DNA of 64,000 bases from an uncultured Desulfobacteraceae bacterium (GCA_964410925.1 CAYPIW010000017.1:2428-66427), one strand, 5' to 3'. Positions 40,901 to 51,392 are shown, counted from the first letter of the stretch. Made by a program: numbers and translations. The notes: a model not told the origin generated them from the letters alone.

Positions 40901-42305
40901 TGGGGGTTGAATCGTGATAATCGGCAATTTTCAACGAGCAATTTTCAATTTCGGGATTCCATTCTTCAAAAAGCAGGTGGCTGTTTATGCCTCCGAATCC
41001 GAAGGCACTGACCGCAGCTCGCCGGGGAGTGTCTTTATCCTTCCGTACCCATGGTTCCGCCTGAGTTTGTACTCGAAACGGACTGTTATGAAGGGAACTT
41101 TTTGCCGGGGGCTTACTGAAATTAAGCGATGGCGGCAAGGTTTTGTTTTTTAATGCCAGAAGGGTTTTGATCATCCCGGCGGCGCCTGCACCGGTTAACA
41201 GATGGCCGATCATGGATTTGACGGAGCCGATGGCGCATTGTTGATTTGACCAGCCGGATTCTCCCCAGAGCGTTTTCAAGCTTTCAAGTTCCACGGCATC
41301 TCCCACCGGTGTGCCGGCCCCATGGCATTCAATGAGATCAATGTCTTGAGGAGACCAGCCCGCGTCGGTATAAGCGCTGCGCATGGCCCGAACCTGGCCT
41401 TTACTGTCCGGAGCCAGAAGATTGCCCCGCATGTCATTGGAAAGCCCGATACCTTTTATTAACGCATAAATATGGTCTTGATCCCGCAGGGCGTCATTCA
41501 GCCTTTTTAAAACCAGCATGCCCACGCCTTCTCCCACCACCAGACCGTCTGCACTTTGGTCAAAGGGGGCACAACGGCCTGAAGGGGATAACGCCCGAAG
41601 CTGACTGAACCCCACCTGAGTGTAAAGAGATTCCGGTCTTGACACGCCACCGGCCAGCATGGCGTCTGCCCGAAAAGAACATAATTCATCACAGGCAAAT
41701 TTAACCGCATACAGAGATGAAGCACAGGCGGCATCCAGGGTATGGCTTCCGCCGCCCAGGCCCAGTCCCTGGGCAAGGATGGCTCCGGGCAGACTGGTTA
41801 CCCGGCTGGCCAGGCATTCCTCCCTGGAAAGTCGTATCTGTTTGTCCGAAGCAATTTGGCCAAAAAGTTTTTCTTCAAAGGATGTTCCCAGTATCTTTCT
41901 CGTGATTGAAGAGGAAGCATCCGCAGGCAATGCAATCGCAGCGAGAACAGTCCCGATATTGTTTTTATCAATGGATGAGGTCACGCAGCTTGCCAACGCT
42001 TCCCGGCCCGTACTCAGCACTATTTGATGCAACGGATCCAGTTTTTTTAACAGTTCCTCGTCAAGATCAATTCCTTGGGGATCGAATTTAAAATCATGGA
42101 TAAGACAGGATCGCCTTGAAAAAGCTTTGTCCGGCATGGGATCGGAATCATACATAAAATCAGGTTCAACGATCCATCTGTCCCGGGGCACCTCAACCGT
42201 TGCATCAACCTTGTTAACGATGTTTTGCCAGAATGTATTCAGGTCCGGAGCCCCGGGGAACAGACACGCCATTCCCACCACAGCGATGGGTGTTCTTTTT
42301 TTCAT
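34929..42305 (-). CDS. PfaBC-like PUFA synthase subunit (KS-CLF-AT-FabA-type DH x2 with pseudo-DH domains)
   Basis: DAACASS (KS), SNESASG (Cys-less CLF), GYSLGE (AT), CHFMDDRVMPG and AHFYQDPVWPG (DH). Confidence 0.9.
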   Translation of the reverse strand: MKKRTPIAVVGMACLFPGAPDLNTFWQNIVNKVDATVEVPRDRWIVEPDFMYDSDPMPDKAFSRRSCLIHDFKFDPQGIDLDEELLKKLDPLHQIVLSTGREALASCVTSSIDKNNIGTVLAAIALPADASSSITRKILGTSFEEKLFGQIASDKQIRLSREECLASRVTSLPGAILAQGLGLGGGSHTLDAACASSLYAVKFACDELCSFRADAMLAGGVSRPESLYTQVGFSQLRALSPSGRCAPFDQSADGLVVGEGVGMLVLKRLNDALRDQDHIYALIKGIGLSNDMRGNLLAPDSKGQVRAMRSAYTDAGWSPQDIDLIECHGAGTPVGDAVELESLKTLWGESGWSNQQCAIGSVKSMIGHLLTGAGAAGMIKTLLALKNKTLPPSLNFSKPPAKSSLHNSPFRVQTQAEPWVRKDKDTPRRAAVSAFGFGGINSHLLFEEWNPEIENCSLKIADYHDSTPNHQSSIHHQSSITNSPVAIIGMASAFGPLTSLKAFQETVFRGESIITKRPENRWNGCDTIAEGILDGQGAWGGYMNELSLNLREFRIPPNEIPDILLQHLLMLKVSADAMKDAGFPLRQERADMGACIGMEFDFEATDFHLRWHLHNLVRNWKKENRPGLTLKDEKETRVWLESLRDAFGPPLTATRTLGALGGVIASRIAREFRFGGPSYVVSNESASGLKALEIGVRSLQQKETSAVLVGAVDLCGDVRSVITSHQIRPFTRSHTISPFDRSADGTLPGEGAAAVVLKRLDRAIRDGDRIYSVIRGIGKAGWGGITTHRPSKNAYSLSLKRCVEDAGISASLISYFETHGSGNPLEDQVESQALNEFFAGRKEPCAIGSVKPNIGHAGAAAGLASLVKTSLCLYHEIIPPLTNFIIPGDPSWQTGAFHMPAFPQYWLRDRKDGPRRACTGAMTTDGNCMHVILESVEYESIDRIPQKITQEKKRPLGFMAPGLFVVEGDSKNSLIKGLDTLHLYIKTSSNRPYPVALSSEEGLATNRKIEPVARSWYLKNGLDKNKKFAVSLVADTVFELEKGIRDAQQAIESDTPRRMNGPGGIRYSPHPLGMTGEVAFVFPGSGNHYVGMGRGVGVLWPEILREMDAATHQLKRQLIPDCYVPWRTSWEPGWEKAAHDTIISNPLHMIFGQVVHGGVMANLVKSFGILPHAAIGYSLGESAALFAMGAWPDRDSMLRRMLATDLFTTQLAGPCTAAHKAWGIPMDEDINWSAAVVNRPENTVRTVIDKWPFTKLLIVNTPDQCVIGGRQSHVKGAIEELGCEAVFLEGVVTVHCDAAAPVADAYKKLHLFPCTPPKGIRFYSCALARSCTPTDESAAASILDQAISGFNFTTLIKQAYQDGIRIFLEMGPHASCTGMITRILDQKPHLAVSACVRGEDDYLSVVKFLGTLIAERVWVDLEKLYGNPAYAPGITEIIDEKPVHQITLRVGGKIPCPSMPGTESRTQRSEGGGPRYDLPDLRGGQRSEEGRQVSGVRFQVSGERGQSTEDRRQRTENRGKRPISGNQHPVSGIRYQEIMEAMAESNKATADTHKTFLDFSDELTRSFEKTFGIQTRLIESMISDKTFSEGEPEVNNREQIEKITGPVQPAFNRSMCLEFAIGSVARVLGPEFAVVDTYNVRVRLPDEPLMLVDRIISVEGEKRSLGSGRVVTEHDVLPDAWYLDGGRAPVCISVEAGQSDLFLCSYLGIDHAVKGKRSYRLLDAVVKFHRGLPRPGDVIRYEIHIDHFVRQGDTYLFFFRFEGCVGNSRLISMHNGCAGFFTHEEVQNSGGIILTEEDIRPRAGKKPSDWRTPVPVTTESYTDDAIEALRRGDLAGCFGSFFHGIELAESLRLPGGRMKLIDRILILEPEGGRYGLGRIRAEADIHPDDWFLTCHFMDDRVMPGTLMYECCAHALRVFLQRMGWVTAKPGTCYEPVVGVESVLKCRGPVTPETRHVWYEVEIKELGYAPEPYVTADALMYADGERIVLFKDMSMKMTGIVREEIEEVWEKKGFRVQGSGFRDQRVEDGFQVSGFRCQVSGGRDQGSGDGEKTAISSIQQPVSGIQQPAASLQHPESCIRKPALFDRDKILAFAVGKPSVAFGDPYKIFDKDRIIARLPGPPYSFLDRIVSIEPEAWTLKPDGWIEAEYEMSPDEWYFKADRSSCMPFCVLLEIALQPCGWMAAYLGSALHSDKDLKFRNLGGNAVLNRMILPDKNKLSMRVRMTKVSEAGEMIIEHFDFKVLQDAEIIYSGDTYFGFFTRQALARQIGIRGADQQAYCSAAAELEGSRSCNFEDQSPLHPDDPEVHPAPSLAMPATALRMIDRIETYVRTGGPQGLGFIRGVKQVRPDEWFFKAHFYQDPVWPGSLGIESFLQLVKFMAIDRWEHLVDSHRFELITGEPHNWIYRGQVIPENKTVEVEAVVTKMMNTPVPTLYANGFLKVDGLYIYQMENFGFRLIPR
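36065..36275. repeat. In-frame heptamer repeat tract in PUFA synthase DH-DH linker
   Basis: cctgaca/cctgaaa/ccctgat and ggatact/ggatgct units. Confidence 0.88.
37698..37925. repeat. In-frame heptamer repeat tract in AT-DH linker
   Basis: ccggata, tcctctg, cctgaca units plus ccccgtagg..taccgggg palindrome. Confidence 0.88.
40861..40950. repeat. In-frame heptamer repeat tract in KS-CLF linker
   Basis: gattgat units encoding NHQSSIHHQSSITN. Confidence 0.75.
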
Positions 42306-42468
42306 AATTTTGATCTGATTTCAGATTTCAGGGTTTCGTATAACAGTTATATAAAAAAAACAATAAAATGTCCGCAGCCTGGTAATAAGCGGGTGTGAAT
42401 CCGGCGAAAAACATGGATAGCCAACTTCCTCCTTGCATTTTTCATAGCCATGATTATAGTCTAAAATT

Positions 42469-44259
42469 ATGAAAGAACATAACGAAAAAATACCGAATCC
42501 AAAAGAAATAGAAAAAGAGATCGGCGAGTTTCTCTCCAAGAAATTCGGCGGCAGTGTTAAAATGGTATCTCCGCTGGTTGTACCCCATGAAATCACTTCC
42601 GAAACGGAGAAAAAGCCTGGCCGTAAAAAAAAGAAGATTAATTTCGACCTGAAACCCGAAGAGCTTATCTCTTATCTTGACCAGTATATCGTGAAACAGG
42701 ATGATGCCAAAGCAATTCTAGCCACAAAAATATGTACGCATTTCAACCGGATAAAACGTGCCGAAACGTCTTCCGATGATATCAGCAATATGGTCGGCCA
42801 CATCAAAAACAACATACTCATGTTCGGTCCCACCGGAGTTGGAAAAACATATATCATTAAACTGATCGCGAAAAAAATCAATGTTCCTTTTATAAAGGGT
42901 GATGCGACCAAATTCAGCGAAACCGGTTATGTGGGCGGTGATGTAGAAGATCTTGTTCGGGATCTCGTGCGAGAAACTGACGGTGATATTGAACTGGCTC
43001 AATACGGGATCATTTATATCGATGAAATTGATAAAATTGCGTCGAGCCGTAATATTATCGGTGTAGATGTATCACGATCAGGGGTTCAGCGCGCGCTTTT
43101 AAAACCCATGGAAGAAACCGAAGTGGATTTAAAAGTGCCCCATGATCCGATTTCAATGATTCAGGAAATCGAACGCTTTCGCAAAACCGGCAAACGGGAA
43201 AAACGTGCCGTCAACACCGGTAACATACTGTTTATTATGAGCGGCGCCTTTGGCGACCTGGCCCGGATTGTCAAGAAGCGTATCGCCGATCAGGAAATCG
43301 GGTTTGGAGCAAAAATTAAAAACTGTCGGGATGATGCGGACATTCTCCAGCAGGCAAAAGCCGAAGATCTCATAGAGTTCGGATTTGAAAGCGAATTTGT
43401 CGGTCGTCTGCCGGTAAGAGCTGTTTTTGAAAAATTGACCCGGGAAGATCTTTTTGAAATCCTTAAAAATCCCAGCAACCCGGTCATTCTCGGTAAAAAA
43501 CTCGATTTTGAGGCATATGGTATTGACGTGAAATTTTCGGACGATGCCCTTCGTGTTCTCGCTGAAAAAGCATTCAAAGAAAACACCGGTGCCAGAGGCC
43601 TGGTGAGTGCCGTGGAAAAAGCACTCCTTTTGTTTGAAAAAAAATTGCCCTCCTGCGATATTAAAAAATTTCCGGTAACGGTTTCCGTAATCCAGGATCC
43701 TGCAAAATCGCTTGAACACATGTTGTCGGCATCAAACCTCAGCAAATTGGAAGAAACATTTGCAAATCTTGCTCGTGAAGAAAAAGAGTTTATTATAACC
43801 TATTTGAACGCCAACAAGAAAAACCTGTCGGAAAAATACGGTCTTACGTTGACGCCGTCTCGCATCCAGGTGGTGGCCTCTTATTACTCCGGTCATATAC
43901 TGGATATCGAAAAGACAATCGGCAAAATCAAATCATTTTATGATGACATTAAAAAAATAGAACTGTTATTTTATAAAAATAATGACATTAACATTGTCCT
44001 GGAAGATGATGCCGTGGAGTTTATTATCAAAGAGTTTGAAAAGAATGCTATTAATGTTGAAGATTATTATGAACAGCTGACAAACAGTTTTAAACACGGT
44101 CTGAATTTGATTCGGGAAAAAACCGGGAAAAATCGTTTTTTTATCACAAAAAGCGCTCTTTTTAATCCCGAGGCTTTTATCAGCAAACTCATTAAAGAAG
44201 AGCTGAGCCATGAATTGTTGCCCGACTCTCGGGACCCGAACCTGAACCTTGAACCCTGA
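42469..44259 (+). CDS. ClpX-like AAA+ ATPase without Zn-binding domain, with C-terminal extension
   Basis: GPTGVGKT, GYVG, IDEIDKI, GVQRALLK, IGF loop, EFVGRLP, TGARGL. Confidence 0.85.
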   Translation: MKEHNEKIPNPKEIEKEIGEFLSKKFGGSVKMVSPLVVPHEITSETEKKPGRKKKKINFDLKPEELISYLDQYIVKQDDAKAILATKICTHFNRIKRAETSSDDISNMVGHIKNNILMFGPTGVGKTYIIKLIAKKINVPFIKGDATKFSETGYVGGDVEDLVRDLVRETDGDIELAQYGIIYIDEIDKIASSRNIIGVDVSRSGVQRALLKPMEETEVDLKVPHDPISMIQEIERFRKTGKREKRAVNTGNILFIMSGAFGDLARIVKKRIADQEIGFGAKIKNCRDDADILQQAKAEDLIEFGFESEFVGRLPVRAVFEKLTREDLFEILKNPSNPVILGKKLDFEAYGIDVKFSDDALRVLAEKAFKENTGARGLVSAVEKALLLFEKKLPSCDIKKFPVTVSVIQDPAKSLEHMLSASNLSKLEETFANLAREEKEFIITYLNANKKNLSEKYGLTLTPSRIQVVASYYSGHILDIEKTIGKIKSFYDDIKKIELLFYKNNDINIVLEDDAVEFIIKEFEKNAINVEDYYEQLTNSFKHGLNLIREKTGKNRFFITKSALFNPEAFISKLIKEELSHELLPDSRDPNLNLEP

Positions 44260-44274
44260 ACCCATATTATCCAT

Positions 44275-45453
<1,179 letters not shown>

Positions 45454-45457
45454 GTAA

Positions 45458-45772
45458 AGAATTCTGGCCCAAAGGACCAGGCTTTGGTTTGCCCCTTAAA
45501 GGGGATGTTTAGCTAAAACCGTACAAGTTAAAAGTGTCTAAAGTGATCTAAAGTGTGAAGTGGATAGTGAGCTAAAGTGTGAAGTGTGAAGTGAACTAAA
45601 GTTTTAAAATGAAGCCGCTGAGGGCGGCACCTTAAACTTTAGGCACTTTCAACTTTAGTTCACTTTAGGCACTTGTATTTCACCTTAACTTTAGTTCACT
45701 TCAAACTTTTTCAACGATTTTTCAGGCAGAGCCAAAAAACTCTGACCACGCCCAGAGGACGTGCTTTTCTAA
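45458..45772. mobile_element. CTGG.CCAAAGGACCAG shell with AAAGTG cargo
   Basis: Inverted copy of 13240-13499; same shell as 32160-32530. Confidence 0.82.
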
Positions 45773-45806
45773 GCCGAAATAAATATTACAAAATTTAGGA
45801 GTTGCT

Positions 45807-46781
45807 ATGCTTTTCCCCGAATACAGGCCTAGGCGGCTGCGGCAGAATGATGGCTTTCGACGGATGATTCGCGAAACCAGACTTTCGGTAGATGACCTGA
45901 TCCTCCCCCTTTTTGCCATTGACGGCAAAGGAATTAAAAATCCAATCGATTCCATGCCCGGGCACTTCCAGTTATCCATAGAATATCTTGTTAAAACATC
46001 TAAAAAAGCGCACGAACTGGGTATCCCGGCGATAATGCTTTTTGGAATACCCGACAAGAAAGATCCCCTGGCAACCCGCGCTTATGCCAAAGACGGAATT
46101 GTTCAAAAAGCGACAAGCGCTCTCAAAAACAAGATCCCCGATCTTAATGTCATCACCGATGTGTGTCTTTGCCAGTACACGGATCACGGCCATTGCGGCT
46201 TTGTTGACGGTCACATCATAGACAATGACGCCACCCTGGATCTACTTGCCCGAACCGCACTGTCTCATGCAAAAGCCGGAGCGGATATGGTTGCCCCGTC
46301 CGATATGATGGACGGACGTGTGGCGGAAATTCGAAATATTCTGGATGAAAATGATTTGAGTAATATTCCGATAATGTCATATGCCGCCAAATATTGCTCT
46401 GCATTTTACGGACCGTTCCGTGATGCCGCGGACTCAGCCCCCAAATTCGGAGATCGCCGCACTTACCAGATGGACCCGGCCAATGCACTGGAGGCCCTTC
46501 GGGAAGTAAGCATGGACATAGAAGAAGGGGCGGATATCATCATGGTAAAACCGGCCCTCCCTTATCTTGACATTGTCTGTCGGGTTCGTGAAGAGATTGA
46601 TCTTCCCCTGGCAGCCTATAACGTCAGCGGGGAGTATGCCATGATAAAAGCCGCCGACAAAATGGGGTGGATTGACGGAAAAAAAGTCATGATGGAGTCT
46701 CTCACGGCCATTAAGCGGGCCGGGGCCGATATGATCCTGACCTATTTCGCCATTGAAGCTGCCGAAGAATTAAGAGCATAG
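45807..46781 (+). CDS. hemB: Porphobilinogen synthase
   Basis: [35 protein letters not shown]. Confidence 0.97.
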   Translation: MLFPEYRPRRLRQNDGFRRMIRETRLSVDDLILPLFAIDGKGIKNPIDSMPGHFQLSIEYLVKTSKKAHELGIPAIMLFGIPDKKDPLATRAYAKDGIVQKATSALKNKIPDLNVITDVCLCQYTDHGHCGFVDGHIIDNDATLDLLARTALSHAKAGADMVAPSDMMDGRVAEIRNILDENDLSNIPIMSYAAKYCSAFYGPFRDAADSAPKFGDRRTYQMDPANALEALREVSMDIEEGADIIMVKPALPYLDIVCRVREEIDLPLAAYNVSGEYAMIKAADKMGWIDGKKVMMESLTAIKRAGADMILTYFAIEAAEELRA

Positions 46782-46784
46782 CCT

Positions 46785-47010
46785 AACCCGAAAACGCCGG
46801 ATCGAAACACCTGTTCAGGATAAAAGTGCCTAAAGTGAACTAAAGTTTGACGTGCCTCAAGTTAATGTGTCGCTTTGCTCCATCTATTCATATAAAAATT
46901 GGCAGAATTCCACAAATTTAGGCATTTTAGATCACTTTAGATCACTTCACACTTTTTTTAAGCTCTAAAATATTTTGCCATGAAAAGAAAAAAAATCGGA
47001 ACTTAGTAAC
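46785..47010. repeat. AAAGTG-cargo element (copy of 33510-33712)
   Basis: Direct comparison. Confidence 0.8.
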
Positions 47011-47013
47011 TAA

Positions 47014-48138
47014 ATGCCTCATAAAAATACCATGACACCCATGAACCATACCTCATCGGAACATTCTCATCCCCAAGGCAAAAACAAGGGCGCTGCGCTG
47101 CGCCTGGTTGCCTGGGAAACTACGCGCAACTGCAACCTCGCCTGTATACACTGCCGCGCATCCGCCGAACACGGCCCATTCAGCGGCGAACTTGACACCC
47201 GGGCGTCTTTTCATCTTCTGGACCAGATCGCACAAGTGGGAGAACCCATCGTAATTTTGACAGGCGGAGAACCGCTGTTACGGCCGGATATTTTTGATAT
47301 CGCAACATACGGTACAGACAAAGGTCTCAGAATGGTCATGGCGCCGAACGGCACACTCATCACTGAAAAAACCACCCGCCAAATGGCGGATGCCGGTATT
47401 CAACGGATAAGTGTCAGCCTGGATGGTGCGACCAAAGAAAGCCATGACCGGTTCAGGGGAGTTGAAGGCGCCTTCGAAGGTGCGCTTCGTGGAATTCGGC
47501 GGGTCAAAGAAGCGGGGATCGAATTCCAAATCAACACCACCATTACAAAAACCAATTTGAGTGAAATCCCAAAAATCCAGGAACTGGCTGTAAATCTTGG
47601 CGCAGTTGCTCACCATATCTTTCTTCTGGTCCCAACCGGTCGCGGCAAATATATTGTGGACCAGGAGATAACCGCAGAGGAATATGAACGCACATTAAAC
47701 TGGTTTTATGACCAGAGGGAAAGGACGTCTTTACAGCTCAAAGCCACATGCGCTCCCCATTACTACCGCATCCTCCGGCAAAGAGCAAAACAGGATGGAA
47801 AATCGGTTACCTTCAAAACCCACGGCATGGATGCCGTAACCCGGGGATGCCTGGGAGGCACCGGGTTTTGTTTTATTTCCTATCGGGGCATTGTTCAGCC
47901 CTGCGGATTTCTCCAGGTGAATTGCGGAGATATTACCCAAACATCCTTCGCGGACATTTGGAATCATTCGGACGTGTTTTTATCGTTGCGCAATTTTGAT
48001 AATCTCAAAGGGAAATGTCACCGGTGTGAATTCAGAAAAGTTTGCGGCGGCTGCAGGGCAAGGGCCTACGAAGCCACCGGTGATTATCTGGCCGAAGAAC
48101 CCCTGTGCAGTTATCAGCCGGTTTCCATGGACAAATGA
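47014..48138 (+). CDS. ahbD: Radical SAM heme b synthase AhbD
   Basis: AWETTRNCNLACIHCRA, LLVPTGRG, KATCAPHYYR, VCGGCRARA. Confidence 0.92.
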   Translation: MPHKNTMTPMNHTSSEHSHPQGKNKGAALRLVAWETTRNCNLACIHCRASAEHGPFSGELDTRASFHLLDQIAQVGEPIVILTGGEPLLRPDIFDIATYGTDKGLRMVMAPNGTLITEKTTRQMADAGIQRISVSLDGATKESHDRFRGVEGAFEGALRGIRRVKEAGIEFQINTTITKTNLSEIPKIQELAVNLGAVAHHIFLLVPTGRGKYIVDQEITAEEYERTLNWFYDQRERTSLQLKATCAPHYYRILRQRAKQDGKSVTFKTHGMDAVTRGCLGGTGFCFISYRGIVQPCGFLQVNCGDITQTSFADIWNHSDVFLSLRNFDNLKGKCHRCEFRKVCGGCRARAYEATGDYLAEEPLCSYQPVSMDK

Positions 48139-48259
48139 TCACGCCCCCCTGTTCACCCCTGCGTTGCCCAAAAAATCATATTTCCTGATCGGATCAATTC
48201 CCTTGATTCTTTAGCTGCCGGAGTTTTCCCACTTTTTCTTTCACAGCTTTTAGGATGTC

Positions 48260-48303
48260 CCCCTGACACCTGACACCTGAAACCTGACACCTGAAACCTG
48301 ACA
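48260..48303. repeat. CCTGAMA heptamer tandem between convergent genes
   Basis: cctgacacctgacacctgaaacctgacacctgaaacctga. Confidence 0.85.
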
Positions 48304-48318
48304 GCCATTATTTCTGGA

Positions 48319-48924
48319 CTAGTCCATGGCATCCATGACGTTGTACCCTTCTTTTTCCAGGGCTTTTCTGATAATCTTTGTATTGCAGGCCGAAAGTCGA
48401 AAATAATATACCCGTTTACTAATTTCTTGTGCGGTAATCCCAACGTTTATAATATCTCCGCCATTTTCGTTTATAATCTGTGACACGTTTCTGAATGCCC
48501 CCGGCTCATCCCCGATAACCACGTCAATTCGGGAACTGGCGGTTAAAAGACCCATCATGTCGATAAACGCCCGGAGAATGTCCGTCTCGGTAATTATTCC
48601 GACAACTTTTTGGTTTTTTACAACCGGCATCCCGCCAATTTTGTGTTTATAAATAAGTTGGGCCGCCATCTCCACGTCATCTTCTGGCCGAACCGCAATA
48701 GGATCCCTGATGATCAAATCCGCAAGAGATATATCTCCCAGCATGGAAGGTATAAAGCCCTGTTTCAAATCCGCAAGAGTAACAAAACCCTTCAGACTTT
48801 TACCCGTTCCAACCACCGGAAGATGCCGAATAGAATTAATTTTCATAAGCTCGATGGCCTCCTGGATAGAGGCGTTTTCCGTTATGGTGATGGGATCAGG
48901 AATCATTAATGAATGAATTTTCAT
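48319..48924 (-). CDS. CBS-pair + ACT domain protein (AcuB-like)
   Basis: IRHLPVV, GIITETD, DEPGAF ACT motif. Confidence 0.85.
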   Translation of the reverse strand: MKIHSLMIPDPITITENASIQEAIELMKINSIRHLPVVGTGKSLKGFVTLADLKQGFIPSMLGDISLADLIIRDPIAVRPEDDVEMAAQLIYKHKIGGMPVVKNQKVVGIITETDILRAFIDMMGLLTASSRIDVVIGDEPGAFRNVSQIINENGGDIINVGITAQEISKRVYYFRLSACNTKIIRKALEKEGYNVMDAMD

Positions 48925-48944
48925 GGCGTCTTCCTTTCAGGGTC

Positions 48945-51047
48945 TTATTCGCCGGCATTATCCAGTGCATTCAATACCAGTGTGATGGGCCGGTCTTCTT
49001 CACTTTTTCCGGCAAATCTTATGGGACCCGGCCTTCTGTAGTTATCCTCGTCCGGCGTCGCCGCAAGCCATTTCTCTCTAAATGCCTTCGTCACCCTGAA
49101 AGAAACGGAATTAACATCCACCAGGCTTTTTTCCAGGACAAGGGCCAATTTCCCTTTCCTCTCTTCAAGGTGCATGAGCGGGGCGATGGGAATCCCGATG
49201 GGCTCCCATTTTGAAAAATCCTTTTCCAAATTCATTATGGCTGCCATTTGTCCCGTAGAACCATTGGCGATAAGGCTAAAAACCGTCAGACCGAGGTTAT
49301 ACGTATAATTGCAGTCAAATCGGGTGGGATCGTTTCCCCTGCCGTCATACCCGTAAAAATGAATCTGGGTTTTGAATTTGGGCACCGATTTTTGAAAAAT
49401 CTTTTCAACAGGAGCAGGAATCTTTTCGTCTTTTGAAATCACACCTTCTTTCTCCAGTTCCTGTTTAAGGGTTTTGGCGGATATGATGGATGCTTTAATC
49501 AGAAAAAACTCGGAATCATCATAGTTTTTGAAAAGAATCGGCCCGAAGTAATCCGGATCAAGGCCTGCTTTTTCAAGGGTCTTCCGGTAATATGATTTTT
49601 GTATTCCGATTTTGTAAGTTCCATTCTCCTTTAAAATGTTGAGGTAATCTGTGACCAGATCCATTAAAACTTTTTCTGTCTTAACCTGTGAAAACTGGAA
49701 ATTCCCGTGACTGTCTCTTTCCATGAGAAGGCCTTCCTGAAAAAAATCAGGAATATCATTGAACAGATCATCATCCCGTGCATTCCATATGGAAAAAGAA
49801 GCTCCCTGTCTTTCGAACCTGGCCAGACGTCTGAGGTATTCCAGCTTATCTTCGAGAAGCGGAAAATCTGAGTGGAAATTCGTGTCATGGGTTTGGTTAT
49901 ATTCCGCAATGATTGTGTTCAGCTTTAGGATAAAAACCTGTATTTCATTGATAAATTCCAATACACCTTCCGGTATTACAATCACTCCGTAGTTTTTTCC
50001 CACAGCAGCTCTTCTGACAATGCCCTCACAAATTAAACGGGAAAGTTTTCTTAACGTCATTCCATAGGCATGATAATCCACGGTCCCCTGTTTTTCGGCT
50101 TTTTGGATTCTCTCTTTATCGATGTAATCGCAAAGATCCTCACCGACAAGGGTCATATTGGCATGGGTCTGCAATGCAACTTCAAGTGCCAGATGGCTGG
50201 CGACTCTTCCCATGACCTTGCAGACATGCCAGTATTTTACATCCGAACTGCTGTCTGTGCACAAATTGGAGATCGCATTGGCAAAAGCCCTGGCTGCCGT
50301 ATGAAACCCAAAGGACATGGCGCACAAAACGTTCCCTTCCGCGTCTCTCACCTGTATATCACCGTCAATGGTCTTGGGAACCCCGATGACCTGGATGTGT
50401 TCCCGGATCAATTCCTGTGCCAGAAACGCCGCATTGGTATTTGAATCATCCCCGCCGACAATGACAAGGGCATCCAGATTCAGGTTTTTACAGGTCTCTT
50501 TTGAAAGGGCCATTTTTTTGGGGGTATCTATTTTCGCGCGGCCGGTTTTTATCATGGTAAACCCGCCCAGATTTCTGTAGGAATCCACCAGAGGGCCGGA
50601 TATTTCAATGGTTTCATTTTCAATGATCCCGTCCGGACCGAGGATAAAACCGAAAATTTTTGTTTCGGGATTGGCTTTTTTTGCAGCATCGTAAAGCCCT
50701 GCGATGACGTTATGTCCTCCGGGAGCAGGACCGCCTGAAAACACGATACCGATCGTATATTTTTTACCGTATCTTTGTTTGAAGGGTTCTTCCGGGGACT
50801 CCAGTCCCACAATAGATTGAACCTTGTTATTTATGATATCCGGCAACTGTTTCCGGGCTTCCCTGTGAATACTGAATTTAAAATCCTCATTATCCTTCAA
50901 TACCGTATAGGAACTTGTAAATACTTCACATTCAGGAGGAATGTACTTTCTCCGCTCAATCAGCTCCTGATTAATATTGCTGGCCGCTTTTTCAACTTCA
51001 GGATTTTTCAGGAGGTCTTCGATACTGATAAGGTTTTCATCTTTCAT
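48945..51047 (-). CDS. pfp: PPi-dependent phosphofructokinase (long clade)
   Basis: SGGPAPGGHNV, GGDDSNT (PPi-type GGDD), PKTIDGD, MGR, FYGYDGR. Confidence 0.88.
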   Translation of the reverse strand: MKDENLISIEDLLKNPEVEKAASNINQELIERRKYIPPECEVFTSSYTVLKDNEDFKFSIHREARKQLPDIINNKVQSIVGLESPEEPFKQRYGKKYTIGIVFSGGPAPGGHNVIAGLYDAAKKANPETKIFGFILGPDGIIENETIEISGPLVDSYRNLGGFTMIKTGRAKIDTPKKMALSKETCKNLNLDALVIVGGDDSNTNAAFLAQELIREHIQVIGVPKTIDGDIQVRDAEGNVLCAMSFGFHTAARAFANAISNLCTDSSSDVKYWHVCKVMGRVASHLALEVALQTHANMTLVGEDLCDYIDKERIQKAEKQGTVDYHAYGMTLRKLSRLICEGIVRRAAVGKNYGVIVIPEGVLEFINEIQVFILKLNTIIAEYNQTHDTNFHSDFPLLEDKLEYLRRLARFERQGASFSIWNARDDDLFNDIPDFFQEGLLMERDSHGNFQFSQVKTEKVLMDLVTDYLNILKENGTYKIGIQKSYYRKTLEKAGLDPDYFGPILFKNYDDSEFFLIKASIISAKTLKQELEKEGVISKDEKIPAPVEKIFQKSVPKFKTQIHFYGYDGRGNDPTRFDCNYTYNLGLTVFSLIANGSTGQMAAIMNLEKDFSKWEPIGIPIAPLMHLEERKGKLALVLEKSLVDVNSVSFRVTKAFREKWLAATPDEDNYRRPGPIRFAGKSEEDRPITLVLNALDNAGE

Positions 51048-51074
51048 GGTATCGCCCCATTAAGCGTTTTATTC

Positions 51075-51384
51075 ATACAAAAGTTTAAAGTGCCTAAAGT
51101 GAACTAAAGTGCCTAAAGCCCGCCCTGGTGCGACTCGTACATGTATATTGATATCGGCTATAGATCATTGCAAACATGCCTTTTTGAATATAACGTATTG
51201 GTGATCGGTCTGGGCCAGGGTTAATGTATTCCATCTATCTTAATTATAATTGATCGCGCTGAAAGCGCGTCCCTCAACTTTAGCTCACTTTAGGCACTTC
51301 AAACTTCAACCTTTTGGCCTTCACCCTATACGAGATAGTATCCATTAAAAATACGTCATCGCAGTTATGAATTAGAGCACTAAG
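51075..51384. mobile_element. AAAGTG-cargo element ending in CTAAG, with inner CCCTGG..CCAGGG insert
   Basis: Right end matches reverse complement of 14060-14150; inner insert about 51122-51220. Confidence 0.75.
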
Positions 51385-51392
51385 TTAGCACG

